The notes: generated from the sequence alone by a model not told the origin. Counted from the first letter of the stretch, positions 40,117 through 50,036 are shown. The stretch: 64,000 bases of DNA from Acholeplasmataceae bacterium UBA2284 (GCA_002345705.1 DDWO01000023.1:69009-133008), one strand, 5' to 3'. Translations and numbers: made by a program.

Positions 40117-40590
40117 ATGAAAGAAGTGATTGGTGTAAAATCCAAAGGAAATAGTTTTGTCTATCGATCTTTTTTTGTTGTATCATTGGTAGTGTTTACC
40201 TTTTCACTCCTAATGAAACTTCAAGGACAGGACACTAGAGATGAAGTGCAAGTCCTCTTGATTGGTTCATTAATAATGATGATTATCATGGGAATCATTT
40301 TAATATCAATTAAAAATAAACCAACAAATGCGATTGAATGTGATGGAGAATATCTTTATATTAATGAACCTGATACTGTAATCAAAATTCAATTAACCTC
40401 TATTGTTCATGTAGCACCAAGACGCATAAGAAGTAGATATATGACATATACATTTGGCCGCTTAACTGTGCATACAGCAGATAAAAGATATGAAACAACA
40501 GTGGTTATATCAGAATGTGAAGAAGTTGCACACGAAATTATGAAGTTAGCCGCAAAAAACAACAAGCATATTGTTGACTATGATATATAA
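40117..40590 (+). CDS. Hypothetical protein, 2 TM helices plus PH-like beta domain
   Basis: ORF with SD; two hydrophobic helices followed by FGRLTVHT-type strands. Confidence 0.55.
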   Translation: MKEVIGVKSKGNSFVYRSFFVVSLVVFTFSLLMKLQGQDTRDEVQVLLIGSLIMMIIMGIILISIKNKPTNAIECDGEYLYINEPDTVIKIQLTSIVHVAPRRIRSRYMTYTFGRLTVHTADKRYETTVVISECEEVAHEIMKLAAKNNKHIVDYDI

Positions 40591-40607
40591 GTAAACTGGA
40601 GAAGTAT

Positions 40608-40838
40608 ATGAGAAAAATAATAGGGTTTATTTTCTTTGTCATCAGCATGATTATCTTAATTACTGCAGTAATGGCAAATATCGAATTGATTAATGGAATT
40701 AGCCAAGTTTTTCAATCCGAAAACATTTCAGCTGCGCTTTATTTATACCTAGGAGTTGTATGGCAACTTTTAGCACCAACTATAATTATCCTTCTTTTGA
40801 GTGTAATAGCGATGGGGAATTACTCAAGAAGAAGATAA
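40608..40838 (+). CDS. Small 2-TM membrane protein
   Basis: SD GGAG; 76 aa, hydrophobic with basic termini. Confidence 0.6.
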   Translation: MRKIIGFIFFVISMIILITAVMANIELINGISQVFQSENISAALYLYLGVVWQLLAPTIIILLLSVIAMGNYSRRR

Positions 40839-40968
40839 ACAGTATTAGAAAAAAACAACATATAATCGAGTTTTATTGGCTGTGCTGAGTCTACAACCTC
40901 ATACAGTCATTTTTATTTTCACCTAATCAAAAAAAAAAAAAAATCGAAAAAAAAGTGAATCAAAAATA

Positions 40969-40997
40969 TTGACAATCATTTTTTTCAGTAGTAAAAT
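40969..40997 (+). promoter_or_regulatory. sigma-A promoter of hsp20
   Basis: TTGACA (40969)-17 nt-TAAAAT (40992). Confidence 0.8.
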
Positions 40998-41006
40998 ATA
41001 ACTGAA

Positions 41007-41033
41007 ATAGCACTCTAGTACATCAAGTGCCAA
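41007..41033 (+). promoter_or_regulatory. CIRCE element (HrcA operator)
   Basis: aTAGCACTC-N9-aAGTGCcAA versus consensus TTAGCACTC-N9-GAGTGCTAA, between promoter and SD of hsp20. Confidence 0.9.
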
Positions 41034-41053
41034 TAAAAAAGGAGGCGAAAAAT

Positions 41054-41497
41054 ATGCTTGGTTTAACACCATTTAACCGAAGTTTAGTACGTCGAGCAGA
41101 TGAAAAGGATGATTTCTTTAACATGATCGATGAATTCTTCAACGACAGCTTCTATCCAAACAGAAATCTTCGTCGTGACACCTTTAAAATCGATGTCAAG
41201 GATGAAGGGGATTTCTTCACAGTTGAAGCAGATCTACCTGGAATCAAAAATGAAGAAATCGAATTAAACTATCAAGATAGTCAATTAATGATTTCTGTTA
41301 ATCGTGAAGAAGAAAAGAAAGAAGAAAAAAACAATTACATTCATCGTGAACGAAAATTTACATCCATGAGACGTGCAATTAACTTAGGTGATCTTGTCAC
41401 TGAACATATTGAAGCAGAGCTAAAAGATGGTATATTGACTATTAAAGCTCCAAAAGCTACTCAAATTGAACAAAAGACAAGAATTCAGATTAAGTAA
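41054..41497 (+). CDS. Small heat-shock protein (Hsp20/alpha-crystallin)
   Basis: SD AGGAGG then ATG 41054; EADLPG, YIHRER, AELKDGILTIKAPK. Confidence 0.95.
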   Translation: MLGLTPFNRSLVRRADEKDDFFNMIDEFFNDSFYPNRNLRRDTFKIDVKDEGDFFTVEADLPGIKNEEIELNYQDSQLMISVNREEEKKEEKNNYIHRERKFTSMRRAINLGDLVTEHIEAELKDGILTIKAPKATQIEQKTRIQIK

Positions 41498-41536
41498 GGT
41501 ATACAGTTTTAAAAGTATTTACATCAAGAATCTTAA

Positions 41537-41578
41537 GTGAGTGGGTAGCTAGTTAAACTAGGTGCCCATTCATTTTTT
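41537..41578 (+). terminator. Terminator of hsp20
   Basis: gtgagtgggt.gctagtt / aactaggt.cccattcat hairpin followed by a T tract. Confidence 0.75.
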
Positions 41579-41652
41579 ATCTATATCTAATCAAAATAAT
41601 TCCAAATATAGTATAATATAAGTATGAAAATAAAAATAACAGGAGAAAAACG

Positions 41653-42066
41653 ATGAACATAACATCCTTCTTAAAACCATTTTATGAGACAACAGTAGTT
41701 TATGACGATCAATCTTTAGGTGATGCCTTGATAACAATGACAAAACATCGGTATACATCGATACCTGTTATCACTAAGGATCAAAAGTATGTAGGAACAT
41801 TAACAGAAGGTGATATCCTTCAGTTTGTTATTAAGAATGTAGACTGCTTAAATTCTGATAATTTATCTAAGTATTTAGTATCTGAGGTCAAAAGACATAG
41901 AGATTATGAACCTGTAAATGTAAGTGCAACCATGCCTATGCTTTTATCGAAGGCTTCAAATGAAAATTTCGTTCCAGTAATTGATCATAACGACACATTT
42001 GTTGGAATTATCACAAGAAAAACATTATTAGATTATTTCTTTGAGCATAATTTTATGGTCTTATAA
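41653..42066 (+). CDS. Tandem-CBS-domain protein (YkuL/DarB/CbpB-like)
   Basis: YTSIPVI...YVGTLTEGDIL and FVPVID...FVGIITRK CBS pair; stand-alone 137 aa. Confidence 0.8.
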   Translation: MNITSFLKPFYETTVVYDDQSLGDALITMTKHRYTSIPVITKDQKYVGTLTEGDILQFVIKNVDCLNSDNLSKYLVSEVKRHRDYEPVNVSATMPMLLSKASNENFVPVIDHNDTFVGIITRKTLLDYFFEHNFMVL

Positions 42067-42159
42067 TTAATTATTATCAATTAAAAACTATTTTAGCAAA
42101 CAACCACAAACCGTGGTTGTTTTTTTAGTAAATAACAGGTAAAAAACTGATAGTTATTC

Positions 42160-42220
42160 TTGACATATAAACTCAGCGTGCTATAATATAGATGAATATC
42201 AATATAGATAAATATCGATA
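42160..42220 (+). promoter_or_regulatory. ars operon promoter and probable ArsR operator
   Basis: TTGACA (42160)-16 nt-TATAAT (42182, extended TG); tandem 16-bp repeats tatagatgaatatcaa / tatagataaatatcga at 42187-42218. Confidence 0.7.
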
Positions 42221-42238
42221 TAGCTAAGGAGGACGTAT

Positions 42239-42526
42239 ATGGAATTAGATTATGCATTACTTTTTAAAGCATTATCAGATGATAACAGGTTGAAGATTCT
42301 TGAACTTTTAATTCAAGGTGAAACCTGCGGATGTACATTGATTGATAAACTAACAATTAAACAACCCACATTATCCTATCATCTAAAAACATTAACAGAT
42401 GCAGGTATAACAACTGCATATAAGGATGGAAATTGGGTTAAGCATCATGTAGATAAAGAAAAAATAGACAAAATGATTGAATTTCTAATTAACTTAAAAA
42501 ATATGGAGACAACATGCAAATCATAA
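42239..42526 (+). CDS. arsR: ArsR/SmtB family repressor
   Basis: FKALSDDNRLKIL, ETCGC metal site, QPTLSYHLKTL. Confidence 0.92.
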   Translation: MELDYALLFKALSDDNRLKILELLIQGETCGCTLIDKLTIKQPTLSYHLKTLTDAGITTAYKDGNWVKHHVDKEKIDKMIEFLINLKNMETTCKS

Positions 42527-43551
42527 AAGACTTTTTTGGATTTTTAAACGATCAATTACTTAAAATGGTGTGGCTTGATGACACGGTTCGGTGGTTTTTT
42601 GGAGATTTATTAGGGCTTGATAAGGAATCTATGCTTTTTGAAAGCTTATCATTCTTTGTTTATGATGTCATAAAGATTTTAATTTTACTCGCAGTATTAA
42701 TCTTTATCGCATCCTACGTTCAATCGTTTTTCTCACCAGAACGTACAAGAAGAATATTAGCCAAGCATAAGGGTGTTGGAGCAAATACGATTGGTGCATT
42801 ACTAGGTACAGTAACACCATTTTGTTCCTGTTCATCAATTCCTATCTTTATCGGATTTACTAAAGCGGGATTACCTATTGGTGTAACATTTTCGTTTTTG
42901 ATCTCATCACCACTAGTCGATTTAGCTTCAGTTATTCTTTTAGCCAGTATCTTTAACTGGAAAGTAGCAATCGCCTATGTCGTCGTGGGACTTATCATCG
43001 CAGTCGTCGGAGGTAGCTTAATCAGTTTCTTTAAAATGGAAAGATATGTTGAAGATTTCGTGATGCAAAGAAGCGTAGCTCCTGCCGGTAGCGAAATCGA
43101 ACCAATGGAAGAATACCAAATGACAAGAAAAGAACGTATAAATTACTCAGTAGATCAGGTTAAGGAAATTATTAGAAAAGTTTGGATTTATATATTGATT
43201 GGTGTAGGTATTGGAGCTATCATTCATGGAGTTATTCCTGAAGAGTTTATTTCAAAGGTTTTAGGCAATGACAATATATTCTCAGTTTTAATAGCAACTC
43301 TCCTAGGTATTCCAATGTATGCAGATATTTTTGGAACCCTACCAATTGCAGAAGCACTCGTATCTAAGGGTGTTGGAATTGGTACTGTGCTTGCTTTCAT
43401 GATGGCGGTTACTGCATTATCTCTTCCATCAATCATCATGATTAAAAAAGTAGTCAAACCTAAGTTATTAATGATGTTTGTTGGTACTGTCACTATAGGT
43501 ATACTTATTGTGGGTTATTTATTTAACGCTTTTAGTTATTTACTTATATAA
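42514..43551 (+). CDS. arsP: ArsP-family (DUF318) permease
   Basis: TPFCSCSSIP, ISSPLVD, GIPMYAD, ALSLPS; ars context. Confidence 0.85.
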   Translation: MQIIKDFFGFLNDQLLKMVWLDDTVRWFFGDLLGLDKESMLFESLSFFVYDVIKILILLAVLIFIASYVQSFFSPERTRRILAKHKGVGANTIGALLGTVTPFCSCSSIPIFIGFTKAGLPIGVTFSFLISSPLVDLASVILLASIFNWKVAIAYVVVGLIIAVVGGSLISFFKMERYVEDFVMQRSVAPAGSEIEPMEEYQMTRKERINYSVDQVKEIIRKVWIYILIGVGIGAIIHGVIPEEFISKVLGNDNIFSVLIATLLGIPMYADIFGTLPIAEALVSKGVGIGTVLAFMMAVTALSLPSIIMIKKVVKPKLLMMFVGTVTIGILIVGYLFNAFSYLLI

Positions 43552-43569
43552 GAAGGGAGGAATATAATA

Positions 43570-43809
43570 ATGGAAATCAAAGTATTAGGATCTGGATGTG
43601 CAAACTGTAAAAGATTACATCAACTTGCTGAATTAGCGCTTCGTGATTTAAACAAAGAGGCTAACCTTATTTATGTTACTGACATGATGGAAATTGCGAA
43701 TGCTGGGATACTAAAAACTCCTGGACTTGTAATTAACAATAAGATAGTTTCTTATGGTAGAGTACCTACATTAGATGAAGTGAAAAACTTTATTCAAAAC
43801 GCTAAATAA
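43570..43809 (+). CDS. Small thioredoxin-fold redox-active disulfide protein
   Basis: IKVLGSGCANC, TPGLVIN...GRVP. Confidence 0.9.
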   Translation: MEIKVLGSGCANCKRLHQLAELALRDLNKEANLIYVTDMMEIANAGILKTPGLVINNKIVSYGRVPTLDEVKNFIQNAK

Positions 43810-43818
43810 GGAGTATTT

Positions 43819-44871
43819 ATGAAAATAGGATTTTTTGAAAAATATTTAACGTTATTTGTTTTAATATGTATGGGGATTGGCGTGTTAATTGGTAGATTCA
43901 TCCCAGCAATTCCAGACTTTTTAAGTAGATTTGAGATAGCAAGTGTTAATATTCCAATCGGTATTTTAATTTGGGTGATGATTTATCCGATGATGCTTAA
44001 GGTAGATTTCACTTCGGTGAAAAATGTAGGTAAAAAACCGAAGGGTTTATATCTAACTTGGGTTGTTAATTGGTTAATTAAGCCATTTACAATGTTTGGA
44101 ATCGCATATTTATTCTTCTATGTTATCTTTAGTTCACTGATTCCAGTTAATCTTCAACAAGACTATTTAGCAGGAGCAGTGTTATTAGGTGCTGCACCGT
44201 GTACAGCGATGGTCTTTGTATGGAGTAGCTTGACAAGAGGTAACCCAGCATATACCTTAGTACAGGTAGCAACCAACGATTTGATTATCCTAATCTTATT
44301 CGTACCTATAGTTGGATTACTATTAGGCATTGGAGGCATCACTGTTCCATGGCTAACGCTCTTTTTATCGGTATTCCTATTTGTAGTGGTTCCACTGGTC
44401 GCGGCCTCTCTAACGAGATATTTCATGATTAAAAATAAAGGTCTTGAGTTCTTCAACAAGAGATTTGTACCAAAATTTAGTAAAATAACAGTGAGTGGAT
44501 TATTATTGACGCTTGTCTTAATCTTCTCGCTTCAAAGTGATTTGATTATTGATAATCCATTACACATTATCTTAATTAGTATTCCGCTCATCATCCAGAC
44601 ATTCTTAATATTCTTTATCGCTTATTTTGGAGCAAGAGCAATGAAGCTTACACATGATGTTGCAGCTCCTGCAGGCATGATAGGAGCAAGTAATTTCTTT
44701 GAACTAGCAGTTGCAGTCGCAGTTGCACTATTCCCTTTAAACCCTGGAGTTGCGTTAGCAACGATTGTAGGTGTGTTGGTAGAAGTGCCAGTTATGTTAA
44801 TGCTAGTTAAGATAGCAAATAAAACCAAAAATTGGTTTCCAAAAGGAGAGTTAAATTATGAAGAAACTTAA
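43819..44871 (+). CDS. acr3: Acr3-family arsenite efflux transporter
   Basis: FFEKYLT, MIYPMM, NWLIKPF, GAAPCTAMVFVW, GASNFFELAVA, VEVPVML. Confidence 0.95.
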   Translation: MKIGFFEKYLTLFVLICMGIGVLIGRFIPAIPDFLSRFEIASVNIPIGILIWVMIYPMMLKVDFTSVKNVGKKPKGLYLTWVVNWLIKPFTMFGIAYLFFYVIFSSLIPVNLQQDYLAGAVLLGAAPCTAMVFVWSSLTRGNPAYTLVQVATNDLIILILFVPIVGLLLGIGGITVPWLTLFLSVFLFVVVPLVAASLTRYFMIKNKGLEFFNKRFVPKFSKITVSGLLLTLVLIFSLQSDLIIDNPLHIILISIPLIIQTFLIFFIAYFGARAMKLTHDVAAPAGMIGASNFFELAVAVAVALFPLNPGVALATIVGVLVEVPVMLMLVKIANKTKNWFPKGELNYEET

Positions 44872-45277
44872 AATCGCATTCGTTTGTGTTCATAATAGTT
44901 GTAGAAGTCAAATGGCAGAAGCCATTACAAAAGAGCTTGCTTCAGATTTCTTTGAAGCATATAGCGCGGGTACTGAAACAAAGCCTAGAATCAATCAAGA
45001 TGCAGTTAGAATCATTAAGGATTTATATAAGGTTGATATGAACTTAACTCAAAAGTCTAAACTACTAGATGATATTCCTCAAGAGCTTGATGTATTGGTC
45101 ACTATGGGCTGCAATGTCGAATGTCCATTCATTCCTACTCAGCATAGAGAAGACTGGGGATTAGATGATCCAACGGGATTACCTGATGAAGCATTCTTGC
45201 ATACAGCAAAGGTCATTAAGGAAAAACTATTATTACTACGAGAACGCATTGAAAATAAAGAAATAGATATTCAATAG
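44858..45277 (+). CDS. arsC: Arsenate reductase, LMW-PTP/thioredoxin-coupled type
   Basis: CVHNSCRSQMAEA P-loop; TMGCNVECP resolving cysteines; DWGLDDP. Confidence 0.92.
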   Translation: MKKLKIAFVCVHNSCRSQMAEAITKELASDFFEAYSAGTETKPRINQDAVRIIKDLYKVDMNLTQKSKLLDDIPQELDVLVTMGCNVECPFIPTQHREDWGLDDPTGLPDEAFLHTAKVIKEKLLLLRERIENKEIDIQ

Positions 45278-45371
45278 AAACGGAGAAATCCGTTTTTTTA
45301 TTTAGCAAATCAATAATGTTTCATGATAGAATGAAGTCAAATAGAAAGACTTAATTTAAAGGAGTCAATTC

Positions 45372-46508
45372 ATGCTACTATCAAGCAGTGTTGCAGAACA
45401 AATTGTAGACCAACTATCCAAGGTTATGGACCACCATATTAATATTATGGATATTAACGGAACCATTATATCCTCTACCGATCCAAACCGTATTGGAACC
45501 ACCCACGGTGGTGCAGTAAGAATTATCAAAGAAAAACTTAAAGAGCTATTGATTGAGGCAAATGATGAATATGTTGGGGCTAGAAATGGTATTAATCTTC
45601 CTATTGAATTCAACAATGAAATCATTGGTGTCATCGGTCTAACAGGAAGAAGTGAAGAAGTCTTCAAATATGGTCAAATCATTAAGAAGATGACTGAAGT
45701 TTTACTATTAGACACCTATGTCAGAGAACAAAAAAATATCGAACAAAAGGCTAAGGATCGATTCTTAGAGGAATGGATATTTGGCAGATATGATACCAAT
45801 CATCCACAGGAATTTAAAGCCCGTGCTCAAATGCTAGGAATTGATACGCATAGTGCAAAAAGAGTGCTCGTTTTCTCAGTCAAGAAAGCGGATAACTCCT
45901 CAGCAAGTGATCAGCTTCAAACCGATATCTCTCATCGCTTAAGAAATCATTTAAAGTCTTATCCACAATCCTTTCTATTTAGGACTTCAACATTATTTAT
46001 TTGTGTATTCAACAGAATACCAGATGAAGAGATAAAAATGATTGCTAAAGAAATAGAAATCATTGTTACAGAGCATTTTAAATGCAAAATATTCATAGGA
46101 ATTGATTCTGATGACCCTAAACCTATCAAAGTATCATTTAAAAATGCAAATACAGCACTTCAAGCAAGCATCAAATCTAATGAAAACATTAACATTTATG
46201 ATGTAGTCAATTTTGACATCTTTATCAATACCATGCTTTCTAAGTATAAGGAAGACTTCCTTGAAAAGTTCTTCAATCAATCCAGTCAAGCAGATATTAA
46301 AGAATATATTGATATTTTAAGAGTGTTCTACGCATGCGAAGGATCCATTAACGATGCAAGTCAAGAGCTATTCATTCATAAAAACACACTTCAATATAGA
46401 CTAAATAAAATCTATATGTTAACTGGTTTTGATCCAAGAAAGATTAGTTTATCTTATATGTTTGTTATAGCAATCAAGATTTACGACTCTCTACAGTCAG
46501 AAAAATAA
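45372..46508 (+). CDS. CdaR/SdaR family sugar-diacid transcriptional regulator
   Basis: N-terminal INIMD..G.II.S.DP.RIG..H.GA, GINLPI; C-terminal LFIHKNTLQYRL HTH. Confidence 0.92.
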   Translation: MLLSSSVAEQIVDQLSKVMDHHINIMDINGTIISSTDPNRIGTTHGGAVRIIKEKLKELLIEANDEYVGARNGINLPIEFNNEIIGVIGLTGRSEEVFKYGQIIKKMTEVLLLDTYVREQKNIEQKAKDRFLEEWIFGRYDTNHPQEFKARAQMLGIDTHSAKRVLVFSVKKADNSSASDQLQTDISHRLRNHLKSYPQSFLFRTSTLFICVFNRIPDEEIKMIAKEIEIIVTEHFKCKIFIGIDSDDPKPIKVSFKNANTALQASIKSNENINIYDVVNFDIFINTMLSKYKEDFLEKFFNQSSQADIKEYIDILRVFYACEGSINDASQELFIHKNTLQYRLNKIYMLTGFDPRKISLSYMFVIAIKIYDSLQSEK

Positions 46509-46641
46509 AGAAAAAATGTTACAGGTACCTAAATGTGGTGCCTTTTTTTGTTTTCTATACTATATGAAAGGGCTATCATTTTCCATATAATAAAACTAGA
46601 TTTTAAAACCCATTCAACAAAAAATAGGAGGTTTAAAAACC

Positions 46642-48024
46642 ATGTTAACTGGGATTTGGTTATTTGTAGGTTTAATTATCGCTATTGTGGTAATGATCCT
46701 AATGATTTCAAAATTAAAGATACATCCATTTATCGCGATTATGGCTGTATCCATCGTGCTTGCATTATTCTCGCTTCCGATTGCTAATGTTCCTGGAACA
46801 ATTGCTGCTGGATTCGGTGGTATTATGTCAGGTATCGGTATTGTTATCATTTTAGGGGCATTAATCGGTTTCATCGTTGAAAAGACTGGAGCAGCATTAA
46901 CAATTGCTGATACAGTTGTTAAGGTTGTTGGTAAAAAACATCCTGAAATGGCAATGATGATTATGGGTTGGATCGTATCCATTCCAGTATTCTGTGACTC
47001 AGGGTTTATTATTCTAGACCCAATTAGAAAATCAATGAGTAAGATGACGAAGAAGTCATCTGTAGCAATGGCAGTTGCTCTATCACTTGGTCTTTATGCA
47101 TCTCACGTGTTTATCCCACCAACACCAGGTCCAATTGCTGCTGCAAACTCAGTCGGTTTAGGTACTAGTTTATTACTCGTTATGGGTGTTGGTGCATTAG
47201 TTTCTGTATTTGCTTTAATTCCTTCATATTTCTTTGCACTTTATATTGGCAAGAAAGTTAAGGTAGAAGCAGATACTGATGATGATGTTAATCCAAATGC
47301 TGCTGCAGAAGCTTTTGCTAAATTAAGAGCAAGCTATGGTAAGCTTCCAAATGCATGGTTGTCATTTGCTCCAATTATTGTTCCAATCTTAGCGATGGCT
47401 ATGGGTACAATTGCTAAAGTATTAGCATGGACTTCACTTCCATTCTGGGGATTCATCGGGCATCCAATTATTGCGTTATCACTAGGTGTTATCTTTGGTG
47501 TGGTATTACTTTACACAACAAATAAGATCAAAGATTTTAATTTCTTAACCAATGAAAATCTTAAGATTGTTGGGCCAATTCTATTTATTACCGCTGCTGG
47601 TGGTGTATTAGGTAAGGTTATTGCTGATGCAGGCGTAGTTGCTTTTGTCAGTGGCAATGCAGATGCACTTAAGGTTTTAGGTATTCTATTCCCATTCATC
47701 GTTGCTGCTATCCTTAAGATCGCTCAAGGTTCTTCAACAGTTGCAATCGTTACAACTGCTGCAATGATGGGTACATATGCTGATCCAGCATCTGTTATGC
47801 AAGCTTTAGGATTTGTTACTCCATTCTCTGCTGCATTAGTTGTTATGGCTATTGGTGCAGGTGCAATGACAGTATCTCATGCTAACGACAGTTATTTCTG
47901 GGTTGTTACTAACATGAGTGGAATGACTCCAGATCAAGGCTATAAGACACAAACATTAGGAACACTTATTTCTGGTATAAGTTCAATTATTGGCATATTA
48001 CTATTAAGCGTACTCTTCTTATAA
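46642..48024 (+). CDS. GntP-family sugar-acid permease
   Basis: KIHPF, SIPVFCDSGFIIL, PPTPGP, AQGSSTVA, SHANDSYFWVV. Confidence 0.92.
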   Translation: MLTGIWLFVGLIIAIVVMILMISKLKIHPFIAIMAVSIVLALFSLPIANVPGTIAAGFGGIMSGIGIVIILGALIGFIVEKTGAALTIADTVVKVVGKKHPEMAMMIMGWIVSIPVFCDSGFIILDPIRKSMSKMTKKSSVAMAVALSLGLYASHVFIPPTPGPIAAANSVGLGTSLLLVMGVGALVSVFALIPSYFFALYIGKKVKVEADTDDDVNPNAAAEAFAKLRASYGKLPNAWLSFAPIIVPILAMAMGTIAKVLAWTSLPFWGFIGHPIIALSLGVIFGVVLLYTTNKIKDFNFLTNENLKIVGPILFITAAGGVLGKVIADAGVVAFVSGNADALKVLGILFPFIVAAILKIAQGSSTVAIVTTAAMMGTYADPASVMQALGFVTPFSAALVVMAIGAGAMTVSHANDSYFWVVTNMSGMTPDQGYKTQTLGTLISGISSIIGILLLSVLFL

Positions 48025-48042
48025 GAGTTGACATGATAATAT

Positions 48043-48069
48043 AGAGATTGCCGCTTGGTAATCTCTTTT
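48043..48069 (+). terminator. Hairpin/terminator between permease and glycerate kinase
   Basis: agagattgcc-gctt-ggtaatctct-ttt. Confidence 0.6.
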
Positions 48070-48090
48070 CATTAAAAAAGGAGGACATCT

Positions 48091-49215
48091 ATGAAAAGAT
48101 TTGTGATTATTCCTGATTCTTTCAAAGGCACATTATCGAGCATACAAGTTTGCGATATTCTTGAAAAAGAAATAAGAAAAAAATTTAATCCAGTCGAAAT
48201 CAAGAAAATACCGGTTGCTGATGGTGGTGAAGGAAGTGTAGATGCATTTCTAACCGCAGATGGTGGAAAGAAAGTTTATGCAGAAGTTAGCGGACCTTAT
48301 TTTGAAAAGATGACATCCTTTTATGGATTAATTGATGGGGGAAAAACAGCAGTCATAGAAATGGCTGCCTGTGCTGGTTTACCACTTGTAGAACATAAAA
48401 AAGATCCTTCAAAGACAACAACGTATGGCTTTGGTGAACTCATTTTACATGCAATGGATCAAGGTGTTAATAAAATTATTTTAGGCCTTGGTGGAAGTGC
48501 TACAAATGATGGTGGAGCTGGATTCGCTGCAGCACTAGGTGTAAAGTTTTTTGACAATCATAACAAAGTATTTGTTCCAGTTGGTGGAACACTATCGAAG
48601 ATTCATAAAATTGATGTTTCTAAAATGGATCAAAGACTTAAAAAAATAGATTTTGTCACCATGTGTGATATCGATAATCCTTTGTTTGGTACTGAAGGAG
48701 CTGCTTATATCTTCAGCCCTCAAAAGGGTGCAGATGAAAAAATGGTTCTGTTCCTAGATCAAAATTTAAAGGATTTCGCAAGGGTGGTTGAAAAGGAATT
48801 AGGATTCTCAGATCCATACTTCAAGGGTGCAGGTGCAGCAGGGGGATTAGGATATGGAACCAAAGTCTTTTTAAACTCAAAGATTCAAATGGGAATTGAA
48901 ACTGTACTAGATGTTATGCACTTTGATACACTAGCAAAAGATGTTGATTATGTCATCACAGGTGAAGGTAGCCTAGATTTGCAATCTCTTAGAGGTAAGG
49001 TTGTTATCGGTGTTGCTAGAAGAGCGAAGAAGCTTAAATCAAAGGTAATTGCGGTTGTTGGTCAAACCTTAGGTAATCAAGATTTATATTTAGCTGAGGG
49101 TATTGATTATATCGTTGTTACTAACTATTTAAAGCTTCCATTCAGTGAAGTGAAAAAAAGAGCAGAAATCGATATGGTTTATACATTTAACAGTTTTTTG
49201 GATCAAATCAAATAG
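48091..49215 (+). CDS. glxK: Glycerate kinase (GlxK/GarK family)
   Basis: PDSFKGTLS, ADGGEG, GGSATNDGG, PQKGA, GAAGG, TGEG.LD.QS..GK. Confidence 0.93.
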   Translation: MKRFVIIPDSFKGTLSSIQVCDILEKEIRKKFNPVEIKKIPVADGGEGSVDAFLTADGGKKVYAEVSGPYFEKMTSFYGLIDGGKTAVIEMAACAGLPLVEHKKDPSKTTTYGFGELILHAMDQGVNKIILGLGGSATNDGGAGFAAALGVKFFDNHNKVFVPVGGTLSKIHKIDVSKMDQRLKKIDFVTMCDIDNPLFGTEGAAYIFSPQKGADEKMVLFLDQNLKDFARVVEKELGFSDPYFKGAGAAGGLGYGTKVFLNSKIQMGIETVLDVMHFDTLAKDVDYVITGEGSLDLQSLRGKVVIGVARRAKKLKSKVIAVVGQTLGNQDLYLAEGIDYIVVTNYLKLPFSEVKKRAEIDMVYTFNSFLDQIK

Positions 49216-49219
49216 AAAA

Positions 49220-49251
49220 AGAAGGATGCATGAGTCGCCATGCATCCTTCT
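49220..49251. terminator. Bidirectional terminator
   Basis: agaaggatgcatg-agtcgc-catgcatccttct between convergent genes. Confidence 0.85.
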
Positions 49252-49454
49252 TATATATTTAAACCGAAAATTGCTAAGAGTAATAGAGTGATAATAATGC
49301 CTATTGCATAGACAAGAATCACCTTTTTAAGTGTAAATAAAAAGCCTTTTTTGATTATAAATAGTAAAGCGACTAATATGTTGATTCCAGGAATCCAGAT
49401 CAAAATGGAAAATACGATCCAATCAAAAATTGTAAAATCATCTTTTTTAAACAT
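49251..49454 (-). CDS. Small membrane protein
   Basis: SD GGTGGG upstream on minus strand; W....IL..IPGINI hydrophobic motif; ends at the shared terminator. Confidence 0.7.
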   Translation of the reverse strand: MFKKDDFTIFDWIVFSILIWIPGINILVALLFIIKKGFLFTLKKVILVYAIGIIITLLLLAIFGLNI

Positions 49455-49582
49455 AAATACCCACCTTTTTGTTTATTTTATAGGAATTGATAAAAGTTTT
49501 ATGGATATATGCATGTTAACAGCCACTTTTTATGTCAAATACATCAAATTCATGTAAAATGTAAAAAAAAGGATGTGAATGT

Positions 49583-49939
49583 ATGAATAATCCACCAACA
49601 TCAAAATTTGTAAATTATCAAAATCTATATTTTAAGGCAACATGGGTCATTTTGGTAATCAGCTGTGCGCTTGCAGTAATCGGTTATCTGATGGTTCAAG
49701 CAATGCTTTCCGCACCAATGATATTAGTGCAGTTCGCGACTTTTGTACTTTACTATCATGTGTTTCATTTCTTTTATGGCATTTTTAGTCTAATCTACTA
49801 TTTCGCAAAGGTAAGAAAGAAAATTAAAAGCACTAAAATCTATAAGACCTTGATAGGGATTCTTATATCTCCTGCGAGTGCTTTTGCAGCTTATATTGCG
49901 GTTTTTCTAATTGCAGTATCAGCATGCTCTGCTAATTGA
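49583..49939 (+). CDS. Hypothetical 3-TM membrane protein
   Basis: SD AAGGA; hydrophobic 118-aa ORF. Confidence 0.6.
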   Translation: MNNPPTSKFVNYQNLYFKATWVILVISCALAVIGYLMVQAMLSAPMILVQFATFVLYYHVFHFFYGIFSLIYYFAKVRKKIKSTKIYKTLIGILISPASAFAAYIAVFLIAVSACSAN

Positions 49940-50036
49940 TCTTTACAATAAACTAGTATTTAAAGTATTTACCATAGAATAAAATTATGCTATACTACCA
50001 TTTAGATAATACGTAATCATGAAATGGGGTTATTCT

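Noticed and set aside
49351..49557. 68-aa plus-strand ORF
   Set aside because: Overlaps the better-supported minus-strand membrane protein 49251-49454, which has an SD and a terminator.
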